DNA of 64,000 nucleotides from Vitrella brassicaformis CCMP3155 (lineage: Eukaryota > Protista > Chromerida). Position numbers and translations under genes: made by a program. This document shows, in pieces, positions 11,001 through 22,266 of this stretch. How positions within the stretch are numbered: the first letter of the stretch is position 1; each line of letters opens with the position of its first letter. The stretch is from contig CDMY01000240.1 of assembly GCA_001179505.1 (NCBI GenBank), positions 62,001-126,000 on the forward strand. Direction: 5' to 3'. A model generated the notes under the pieces. It was not told where the DNA came from and did no database searches. It saw only the letters and a program-made list of their open reading frames with translations.

Positions 11001-14000
11001 AAGTCCGTCGTGGCCAGAGACACGCCCGTCTTGCCGACGAATGCGTTGAGGACGGTCTGCACACGCAGCAGCTGCACGTACATCATGGCATGGCTGATCG
11101 CCAGATGGCCGCCATCCTCCGTCACGGCAGTGAAGTGCAGGGCGGTCCAGTGGATGTGCGCCCACGGCCAGGCGGGTGCTGAAACGTTGCGGAGTGTGAA
11201 CCAGACACGGTTGTTGCAGCCGACGAGAGGGGGAAAATCAACTTGCAGATCCAGGGGGACGAAGGAATCGCTGACGGGTGGGGTGACAGGCGTGTTGTTG
11301 TCGCCCACCATGAGAGGGAAAAAGTGCTGCATTTTGGGTCCACCCAGCACCTCTGCCGTCACTTGATCTCTCCACACACAGACGGCGGCCGTGTTGGTGA
11401 GATCGAGGGGACATGTGCCCATGTCCGCAGCATTTGCGCTCGACGGCAGCTGCAGGAGCTTATCGAAGGTGACGGTAAATAGACGATAAGCGGCGTCCCA
11501 CTCAGCAGCGACAGGGGCAGGGTCCAGCACAGGAACACACAAGTGCGGCGCATCTAGGTCAGCACAGCCACTGGCGGCCACCACCGAGGGACCATCGGAA
11601 GCATCTCCATCACACGAATACCAGGCCAGAGTGGCTGCTGGTGGAGGTGGGGGTGTGGCGGGGCAGATGACAGCCGTGTCGTTGGCACCGACAGATGAGC
11701 AGTTGGGCACACAAACAGCCGGGACTGGGATGCGGTCTTCAGAAAGCGGTGCATGGGGCGAGCAGCTCCAGTTGGGCTCGGTGTCGCACGTGGCTGAGCA
11801 GCCGTCATGTGAGAAGCGGTTGCCGTCATCACCTGATACGATTGACAAGCGGAAAGAAGTGAGATAGAGAGAGGTAAACGTAGTGCGTGTAGATGCATTC
11901 ACACATGTCTCGCGTGCAGCTACGACAGCGTCCCCACACAGCGACGCGCATCTGGACACTCCACCGGTGGAGCCACACAGGTATCCCGTCTCGATGTGAC
12001 ACCGAGCCGAGCACCCGTCGCCATCCACTGTGTTGCCATCGTCACCTGCACACCCCGAGACACAAAAACGGAGCAGAGTCTTCCCTGATTCTCTCCCTGT
12101 GTGTCGTTGCGTACACTGTTCACTTCGGACGCATGTGCCGTCCCCACAGACAGGCCTCATGTGATACCCGAGGCCCACGCTATACAGGGCGTCGCCGCCC
12201 AGTGCCATGAGGGCCTCGGCGTTGACTTCGGAGGTCCATGTGGTGGGCAGTACCTCCCAGCTATCTTCGATCTTGCAAAAGGCACTGCATGCACACACAC
12301 ACACACACATCAGGTAAACACGCCCCATGTTCATTGCACGTCTGTCTCTTCCCCACCTGCATCTTTCGCCTCCATCGTTCTGACGGCACACACACGCAAA
12401 AGACACAGAAAAACGTCACTGTTGGCGTGCAGACATCCACGTCTTTCTCTCCCCCCCTCAATGACTCACCCGTCCGTCGTCGCATTCCTCGTCAGGGCAC
12501 ATGGTGATTCCATCCCCGCACACGGCCCCGCCCTCACTCTCCACGTGCACATACCCCACCGGCACCCAGGCGCCCGACATGTGGCCCCAGCACACGAGCC
12601 CACGACCGGTAGTGACGAAAGCCGGGATGGGGAAGAGCAGCAGAGAGTCGTTGGTGTAGAGGTTGAAGCCCGTGGAGGGGCTTAAAGGCTGAGACGCAGC
12701 TACCATCGGGGAGTACGCCTGAATTCACAGAAAGAAGAATGTGGTGAATGAAAGGCGCATCACTGTCTCCGTCTTTCCACCCGACCGATTTGCCGCATCC
12801 AGCCGAGTCCTCGAGGATGGCCAGTCTGTCCTGATTGCTGAGGTACGCCCCCTCCACACCAATGGTCATGTTCTGCCCGGCCTCCACCCACCACTGACGG
12901 CTGCCCTGCGGCTGGGCCACCGAGAGACGCCCCGCGCTGATGATGTGCGACTCTGATGATGCATCGCATCCGCTGGCCGCGTGTGTGCAGTAGCAGAGCA
13001 GGTAGCTCCCCGAGTCGCTGATCTCGCCCATGTCAAAGATGGCGCGTGATGTGTCCAAGGGGTGGGGGGAAGGGCTCGGTTGATCGATGTTAGAGGCTGG
13101 AAAGCAGAAATGGGGTGTGATTTCGCTGCACAGTCTTGTGAAGTGAGTGTCTCATGCTTACGTGACAGCACGGTGGATGGCTGCAGGTCGGGATCACCGC
13201 ACTGCGAGGTGGCATTGGCGTCTGCTTCGAAAATGGCGAGTGAGTCGCTTTGGTTCAGGTGCCACCCCTCGATGGCCACTGTGCAGTTGCTGTCGATAGC
13301 ACACGTGTAGTTGCCATGCTCTCGTGCGCCTGACCGCAGCACCGACAAAAGAGCGACCTAAACTGGCCGGCATTGTCCTCTCGTCCTCTTGCTGACCTAC
13401 CTTGCACCACCAGCAGTCCAGCGGGATGAGTGAAAGACGAAGGATCGTCGCAGTCATCCTCGTCGCAGAGACACAGCTGACAGGGACAGGAACCCGGGGC
13501 AGACACACAGACTCTTCTGCTCGCCCCCACCCACACAAACCTGATAGATGCCCGGCGAGGTCACAACGCCAAAGCCAAATGTCGCATTCCGCCCGTCGGC
13601 ACTGACATTCGCTTCGGCGACTTTTCCGGCCAGAGACCCGGCTGCAGCCCATTGTGCCGAGCCACACTCGGCGATCTCGTCTGCTGTCGAAGGAATCGTG
13701 GTGGGTGGGTCGGGCGGCAAGGCTGACAGTCTGTATGTCTCGGTGAAGCCGACGCCGATAATTGAGAGGAGCAGTGGGGCGGGGCCTGCTGGATGGACGA
13801 AGAGAGCGGATGAATTCGCACCTGGACGGAGAGAGAGAAGGAAAGAAGCAAGAGGACACATGTATCATCTTCTGTGATGGTCATGGCCCATCCCATCTTT
13901 CTCACCCACTAAGGATATCAGTCCGACTTCGCGGTAGTCCGGCAACGCCGGATCATCCGTGCTGCCATAAGGCGCGCAGATGAGGAACCGCCCCGGCTTG

Positions 14001-17000
14001 GTCGGCATGCCGTAGTCGACGTCGAGCACACTGAGACCGATAGCACTGCCCACCAACAGCACCTCGTGGCCCAAGGGGTTCACCACGGACGGCGTGGGCC
14101 TGTCAAAGAAGAGAGAAGGGTCCGTCAGCACAGATGACGGGCCGCACCCGAGGTCGGGATCACCGAACTGGCGAGAAAGAAAGCACAACAGATTGGTGTG
14201 AGCGAGAGAGAAGGAACGTTTATTGACGTCCGCACCTTGGTGTTGAGCATGGCGCTTATCTCGACCGCCCCTCCGGTGACGGTGAGGTCGCACCCATCGA
14301 CAGAATCCACCCCGCAATCCCACTGGTTGACAGGACTCCTGTCATATACTGCCCGTGCCCACAACACATACACACAAGTGTTGCCTTGCCGGACGGTCGT
14401 CTGTGTCTGGCTGTGGGTGGGGTGGTCTGTGGCTGCATGTCTACACACCGCTGAGTATGAGGTTGCCGATGGTCTGAGTGTACTGCGACGCAGCGGAGCA
14501 ATTGACAGGGTCCAGCACCGGCAGTGTGCCTTACTCGGTCGCCTGGCAATAACGCACCTGAGAAGGAGACACAGACATACAGGCATCACAACCACGCACT
14601 CAGGCTGCTGCTCATCATCGTTTTGCCCACTTTGAATCCGGTGATGGCCTGGCTCCTGCCTGAACAAACACAATGGCAGGCGACACATGGATGAGACACT
14701 ACAGCGAATGGTCCTCAGGTATCCTCACTGATGATGTCGTAATGAGTCACGGTTTCTGGAGGCCCGGGAGGGGAAAAGGTGAGTGTGGCGTTTGAGGTCG
14801 AGACGAGTTGTGCCATGTCGAGGCTGTACAAGACACACCGGCGCGACGCGGCGCCAGCAGCATACAGGTCGAATGACCTGCCACACATAACACCCAGAGA
14901 GACACACACACTCTCATTCATGCAAATGCTCGTCCCTGTCTCTTTGGCCTTCCGACGCACCTGCACCAGAACCGCCGCAAGCATGCCGCGGCGCAGCCCC
15001 GCGGCTCGATTGTCGACGTGCTGGTCAGTGTGGCGGCATACACCGCCTTCGTCACGTTCTTGGCGTCTTCGAGCGTGAGTGCTTGTGGCCAGCCATCCAT
15101 GCTGCCCAACGAGTAGCCAGGCTGCGTGTAGACGAAGCCAATGTCGGGTGTTGATCGAAAAGCCAACAAGGGGAGGTCTGCACAGAGAGAGACAAACCAT
15201 AGTTGTGTATTCGTGAACCGTACGCCCGCCCACGTACGGTACCGCCTATGTCAATGTCAAACGCAGCTGTGGCAGTCCCCGTGGTCGCGTTGACGGCCAC
15301 TGCCAATGGGGTCTGGAAGGCCTCGCCGGCCGGCAACCCCGCAGGGGTCGATGGGGAGGCGCACTGACAACACACAAGACAACCACACACACCACATTCA
15401 TCTGTGAGATGAGCAGCTTCGTGTGTGTGTGTGTGGTCACGTCTGTCGAGCGACCTGTCCTGATGTCTGTTTGTCTGTCCGTCTGTGTGTCTGTCTTTCT
15501 GCCTCGGAGTGGAGTGCGTGCATGCACGCATACTTTGTGTGTATGAGCACCTCGTCGCTGAGGTCCGCCAGCTTCAGTCGGTCCTCCACCTGCAGACCGC
15601 GACCCCCCACATGCAACCAGCACTTGTCCACCGCGTCAACGTCATACGCGCTCGACCCCACGCCCGACGCAGTGATGCCCAGCCAACACAAGACCACTCC
15701 CTGAGACGGCACACCTGCCAAAACATGCCAAAAGGTAAGGAAGATGGTGATTGCAATGGTTGTATACCGTCGATGGTGAGGTTGCCGACATCGACACTGT
15801 ATAGGTCGGGAAGGATGATATTTGACGCGTGGCACTGTGTGTTGCCGCACCAGCAGAGACGGTACTGGCCCGTCACAACCGACTGCGAAAGGGGCCGCGA
15901 GTCCACCAAAAACAGACCGCCGCTGCCGCCCTCACTTGGAGCGCTCAGACCTGACACCGATGCAATGCCCGCAAACACAGCAGGTGAGGGAGAATTTGTG
16001 CGTGTTGGTGGCTGACCATCATCAGGGAAGCCCCTGTGTCTCATGGACTCTCGCTCAGTGTCGCCGCATGCCTCCTCGATGGGCCGCGTGACCAGGCGAG
16101 TGCCATTGAGTGCACTGGGAGGATTGCCTGTGATCTGCACGCGACAGATGAGGCCTAACACACACCGCCACTCAGCCGCGCCAAGTGCGGGGCCTGGCGT
16201 AGCGGACAGCACAACCACACACAAGAGACACAAAGGGCCGTTCATTCTGCTGTCGTGTCTCATTTCAGCGACCTTCCAGTGTGATGTCAGCGACTTGTGT
16301 GGTGAAGTCCTGCCCCTCGTTGCAGCCGTCGAGATTGTTGGGGCAGATGCACACCCTGAAGGAGCCGTACCCCTGCACCGCGACGTCCTCCCACACTATG
16401 GACGTCACATTGGCCACCGAGTCGTGCTCCAAATACGATGGGTACTGCGGCAGAGAAAAAAGAAAGACAGAGAGACACAGTCCGATCCATTGCTTGAGGC
16501 GCATCAGTGGCTGTGTGTATTTGCCAGCTGACCATGAGCGGGCGGGGTCTGTTGACGAGATCAGGTCTCTGCAGGTGTGAGTCGGGGTCGCCACAATTGA
16601 CGGACGACGGCATGATGCGCATCTGAGCGAGCATGGTGAGGTTGAAGACGCTCGATGACCACAGGTCTGTCCTCATCGTGGCACTGTGGATTTCCCCAGA
16701 CATCAACGTCCGAGAGAGCGGCGCAGTGACAGTAGGAATGCCTGACAGGACAGGAGGCCTCGTGTTGGCGTGGATGAGGGTGTCTAGGTCTTGACTCACC
16801 TCTGAGTGTGATGAGGCCGTTGCCCTGCAGTACTTCCACCGTGTACTGACGAATGCTGACGTCGCACCGGCTGACGACGTGCCGTGAGCACACACACGCC
16901 CGGACTCTCCGGTCAGACAGATGGAGGGCCGTGAAGCTCAGTGGGCTCCTGCATACCAAACACAGCCCAGGCATACGAGATCCTCACCAGACCACCTTGT

Positions 17001-18102
17001 GTCTGCCTCCGAAACTTACGATGTGTTGAAGACTTGGTATTCGTTTTGTCCAGTGAGGTTTTGGAGGGGCGTGGACACGTCCACCCAGCCGATCGACGCG
17101 AAATCGGCCACTGAGCCTGGGGTCATGCCCGTCACGAGACTCGCACTCGCATCGCCGCATTCCCTCTGACCCAAGTGCACACACATATTCTCTTCTGTGT
17201 GTGTGTCTCTCTTTTCGATGTGTCTCTGGCGCTCACGTCAGCGTCTTGCACAATGAGCCTGTCAGTGGTTGCGTTGAGGTCTGACCCCTGCACCGTCACG
17301 GAATACTCCCGCCCCTCAACGAACTCACGCACGTCGGCAGGAGAGAAGTCAAAGCCAAATACTGATGGCGGGCCTGCACGGCACCACAACACACGCATGT
17401 CCACACAAACATCACTGCTGGTGGTCCATATCCTGACCGGCAGTGTCGAAGGTGAGCTCTCCGCTGGGATTGTTGACGTAGGCGTCAGCTGTTGCAGCAG
17501 CGTCGACCACCAGGTTGCCATCCAGCACAAGTGTGTAGGTTGTAAAGGCCTGCAGCGGCGCCGCCACACGGATCTTCAACACAGCCCCGGTCGGGGGCGG
17601 CACCTGAGAGGATGCATACGCAGAACAGGACATGGTCGACACGTCTTTCCCTTTTATGTCACTGACTTGGAATTGCTCGGCTGTGGGCGACGTGACATCG
17701 ATTGTGTAGGCCACCTGGCCGCCTGCCGCCTCAAACCGTATCGACCTGCATAGACGCCACGCATGACGCAAACAGACAGACAGACAGACAGACAAGAACT
17801 CCCTCTCTTCATCTCGCATCCATCGGGTGTACCCAGTGCCTAATTGTATGTTGGCGTCGAATTCCATGTCGATCTCCGGCGCGAGTATGGACCTGCTGGC
17901 GTCACTGGGGCTCTTGACGTACGACACAGACACCAGCAGAGGGACAGCTGCACTGGCCAGGGAAAGGAGAAGGACCGCCACAAAGGCCGCAGGCAGAACA
18001 ATGCCGCCGTGGCCTGCAGGAACAGAGAATGACCAAGAGAGGGCTGGCCTCATATGCACGGCCGGATTGCTGCGTACTGAAAGGCGCGATGAGGCGTCTC
18101 AT
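2024..18102 (-). CDS. Giant multi-exon polycystin-1/REJ-GPS-like membrane receptor
   Basis: Spliced start MRRLIAPFS|HGGIVLPAAFVAVLLLSLASA (signal peptide; ATG 18102). Then an Ig-like segment, repeated G.Y.LC.C...C...F...G.L.V.G modules, CGDG..CDDGN..DGDGCS repeats (~11750-12520), and a REJ-like PL.F.FY...LP.G...V...D.FGA motif (~8500-8720). A GPS-like C....WS..GC......C.C.RL motif (~6920-7040) precedes a TM (~6700-6765), and 4 further hydrophobic segments lie at 2860-3620. Several 3'-half exon junctions were checked by eye and join in frame. One in-frame TAG (2782) and one frame change (~4510-4640) remain unresolved. Confidence 0.75.
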
Positions 18103-18745
18103 CTGCACTGCGCGTCAGGGACAATCTGAGACAAACGGGCTCGACATCGCCCGCCACATGCCATCGATGCCCTTAGAAGATGATGCATAGCGAAAGGATC
18201 TGTAGGAAACCGCCACTTGGAATCTTCGTGGGGCTGGCGGGGGCCACGTCGTCCTGCATGCAACCGAGCGAAAACGGTTTCGCGCATCTGCTCAACCTCC
18301 TTCCCTGAAGCGTATTTGCCAGCCATTCTCACCGCAGCACGTGGTGCCATCTCGACGCCTCCTCGCACATCTCATCGCTCGGGGAGCCATCGGGCCGATC
18401 TGAGCTGGTACGGACGGCACATAAGTTGACACAGATGGCGATGGATGCGAGAGCTTTCGATTCATTTGCCGCTCTGTGTGTTCCAAGTGTGTTCTTCCCG
18501 TTCTTCTATTCTCAGGCGCGTTTGAGCGGCTTCATCATCATCGACTTCCGCTCATTGAGTCTCAAAGGAGGTGAGGGAACAGAGGGAAGGGAAGGGAATC
18601 TTGGGTACGCTTCGAGCAGCAGCTGCTGCTTTGTATGTTTGTGTGGATGCAGATCTCTCACACGTCACGCCACGCTGCTGCTCATTCGGCCGCTGTGACC
18701 ATCAGTGGCGGTGGTCGTCATGCGTTGACTGAGTGAGTCGTGACG

Positions 18746-19780
18746 ATGTCTGATTCGGTGCCCGACGACCTGTGGCGGAGGCGCATTCTGCCGTCCCTTC
18801 TCGTCCATGAGGCGGTCTGTGTCCGAGCGACCTGCCGGGCGAAGGCGGCTCTCGTAACCGCCGCTCTGCTGGTGGAGCGCATCGACGGCTCCCTCGCCCG
18901 CCACTCCCTCACCGGCCTCATCGATATCGACCGCACCGCCCCTCTCCCATTCACCTATGTGCTGCGGGCGGCCTATGTGCTGGAGCAGGGCAGCAACGAG
19001 TGGCGTGCGATGGGGCGGTTCATCCGGCTGGCCGCCATCCATCGGCTGACGCCTGCCAATGGGCTGCCCCTGGTGCTGTCGGCTCAGTGGCTGACAGCCC
19101 ACCTTCCCAGCAGGACGGCATTCCACCAGCTGTCATTGGCGATGGCCATCTATCGGCTATTCGGCCACCTGCTCACATACAACACACACAGCCTGGCGCT
19201 GCAGCAAGCCGACAACGGGAGCTATCGGATCGGCAATTTGGAGTCGTTTCGTGTGGTGCCGTTGGGCGAGCTGCCGGGCGGCCATCCCTATGCTGACGGC
19301 TACAAGCGGACTGACCCCGTCATCCGCCGGGCCAGTTACCTCTTCCTCTCATTCTCGGCACTCCTGCTGCACAGGCTGCTCGTCTGGTGGTCGACTGGAG
19401 AGGGGGTGGCCAAGAGGAGGGTGCTTTAGGCCAACATCGGCCGTGGTGACCAACGCTATGGCCGTCTGATGGCCGACAGCATCACAGAGGATCAGGGCAT
19501 CGCTGTCGACTGGCGCTACGATGAGGGCAATCTGAATCATGCTGATGCGGAGGACGGTCGCTATGTGATTGTGAGCGGTCTCCGACCGGGCGAGACCGTC
19601 GCGGCGTATCTGGTGGTGTTGAATGGCTCGATCAGTCTGTACACGACCGAGGTACCTGCTGCCGATCGGTCTCAGCCGCCCGCTGACCACTACTCCGTCT
19701 CGGTTGGTGCCGCTCGCCGTGCGCTGCGGCCATTCGGTCTCGACAGTGATGTCATCGACAGGGGGACGGTGGTGGGGTGA
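18746..19780 (+). pseudogene. Lineage-specific superfamily, type I, copy B; single in-frame TAG
   Basis: ORFs 18740-19429 and 19469-19780 are in the same frame. TAG at 19427-19429 (RRVL*ANIGRG) sits where paralogue D has TCG. The rest is collinear with copy A and ends DVIDRGTVVG*. Confidence 0.8.
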
Positions 19781-20520
19781 GGGGTGTCTTGATAGGTGTT
19801 CCGGTATGGTTGGTGCCTTTCATAAGTTGGTGTGTGTGTGTGTCCGGTGACTGACGCACACAGAGTGACTTGATTTTGCCCACTTCCCCGCCTCTCCGTC
19901 TGTCTGGCCGGCCCGCCCTTGCCTGCCTGTCTGTCGTCTTGTCTCCCGATTCATCCCATCCGTGGCCTCTTTGCTTCACCGACCGACCGACCGGCAGCAA
20001 TGAGTGCGCCCACACTTGCCGCACTTTTGTGCATTGCACACACCAATACACTTGACACGCGGACAAATAGGCTGACAACCGGGGAGAGAGAGGGATGATG
20101 GGTGTGTTACGCACACGCAGTGTGACACGTGCAGACGTTTACACTGTGTGTGCATCAGGGTGGGGGGCACATGTATGTGATCGATCGACATTGCAGGGGT
20201 GCATGGCATGGACGTGTCGATGCGTTTAATGAGGGTATTATATAATCCCGATGGTACGGCATGTAGCATCCATCTTCCATCTTCCATGATGCATTTGAAA
20301 CCACGTCCGTCACTCAGCACACAGTGTCATCACATTCCTTCTCTCACTCGACCGACCATGGTCATCATCATGATCATCATCACTCTGTCTCTTTGTCTCT
20401 ATGGCCTCCCAGAAGCACACACGTACCAAGACAGGAGTGACACATCCACTCATCCCTCCCTCCCTCCCTAGAGGGAGCCAGATCATCCCTCCAGGCAGCC
20501 CACCTCTCCCGTCCCCCTCG

Positions 20521-21812
20521 TCATATGAAAGGGTACAGGGCATACTCAGCGTAGAAGAGGTCCCATATCCGCTTGTAGAACAGCTTCACGCTCCCCACGC
20601 TGCCCGGGTCAAGACCAATCAAGTTCCGCACCACGAACGCCATCATCACTGCATGTCCACCGATCATCGTCGACCGTCGAAAAGTGCCAAATGGCGTCAG
20701 GGCGGCCGCAAGGATGGCCCCGGTGTAGGCCAGCATCAGCACGCAGGAGGCGGCCAGCGCCACCCGCTCGACGCCCACCCGCGTCGCGAAAGTGCTGATG
20801 TTGTATTGCCTGTCCCCCTGGACGTCCGGCAGGTCCTTGGTGACGGCAATCACGCCGGCAAACACCGTCATGAAGGAGGCGAGGAACATCACAGGAGGGT
20901 TCCACGCGAAGGGCAGCCCCAGGGCCTGCCGGGCAGCGTAGTAGACGCCGAAGTTGAGCAGGAAGCCCCTCACACAAGCGATGGTGGCGCCAGCGACCAC
21001 GGGGAACCTCTTGAACTGGAAGGGAGGGACGCTGTAGAGGGCGCCGACTGTGAGCCCGAAGGCGTAGAGCTTGAAGATCAGCCCGGGGTACCAGTGGCTC
21101 ACAATAGCCGGACCTGTAGGCAGACAACAACATACACAGACGACCTGGATGGATGGATGGAGAGAGAGAGAGAGAGATGTGTGTGTGTCGGTTGCCCACC
21201 GGCCGATCCGGCGATCGTGACGATGACCCACGCCCAGAAGAGGGAGAGGTCCTGGCTGGCCACTGGCAGGAAGGGCTTGTTGATCTTGTCAATGTCCACG
21301 TCATAGATCTGGTTGATGCCCACGATGAACACATTCCCCAACAGCAGGCCTAGCAGACCCATCAAGGCCCGCTGCAGCAGGCTGAACGATACCGCATTCG
21401 GGTACTCGAGCACCGCCCTCACCACTCCCACCAGAGAGGCCAGAATGGTCCCCCGAATCGTGTGCGGCCGCGAGAACTTGTAGAGGGTGCGGAAGATGCC
21501 GTCAGGGATGGCCTCTGTGCCCGTGTCCTCCACGTTCACATCTCGCTCGGTGCTGACTGCAACGGGCGTGGCGGCAGTCATCGCTACTGGCCGTCTTGGT
21601 CTCTTCTGCCAGCCGTAGGCCACAGATGATGAACAACAAGGCATATGAGTGCGCGCAAGAGGGGCGACGAATGCAGCAGATGAGAGCGGTGAGAGCATCG
21701 CCATCGCCATCGCCAGGGCCGCTGCTGCACCGATGAAGATACACCGGCTGAGGCTGCAGTGGGGATGAGGCCGCGGTCGAGCTGTGCTCCACTTCATTGA
21801 CAGGCCACACAT
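20521..21812 (-). CDS. HST: Homogentisate solanesyltransferase (UbiA prenyltransferase family; plastoquinone synthesis), plastid-targeted
   Basis: Motifs RPHTIRGT, GINQIYDVDIDKINKPFLP, KDLPDVQGD and FYKRIWDLFYAEYALYPFI match plant/algal HST rather than HPT. There are two exons (21200-21812, 20521-21113) joined in frame across a GT-AG intron. The hydrophobic leader ends LSSA-AFVAP. Confidence 0.9.
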
Positions 21813-22266
21813 AGCTGAGCGTTGGCGCTTTGTGAATTTCTCCTTCTCGTCTGCGAGCTAAGCTCGCGTTTGATTGTCGAAAAGAGGAGAAGGAAGCAGA
21901 GAAAGGTGAAGGCGAGGCTTCAGAGATGCGCAGACAGTCAGATCCTGGCGAAGGCGAGGTTCTCTTCAGCTCCGAGATGACTCGGTGTAGAAGGTTCTCC
22001 GCATCATCGAGGCCTTGATTCGGTGTTTGTCGTCCAGAGCAACGATATACAGGTCAACGTAGCGGCCTGCTTCTACAGGGTAAGCAAGATGGGACGAGGA
22101 GAGGCAGCCGGAATGGATCGACAATGGGCCAGACTGATTATTGATTGACACACACACAGAGGCAGGAACACATAGCTACAACACAATCACACGAAGCCAC
22201 GCACCAACCACGCCGCCCCTCACTCATCTGTCTGTGTGTCTGTGCAGCTTGACCCTTCCCACCCCC

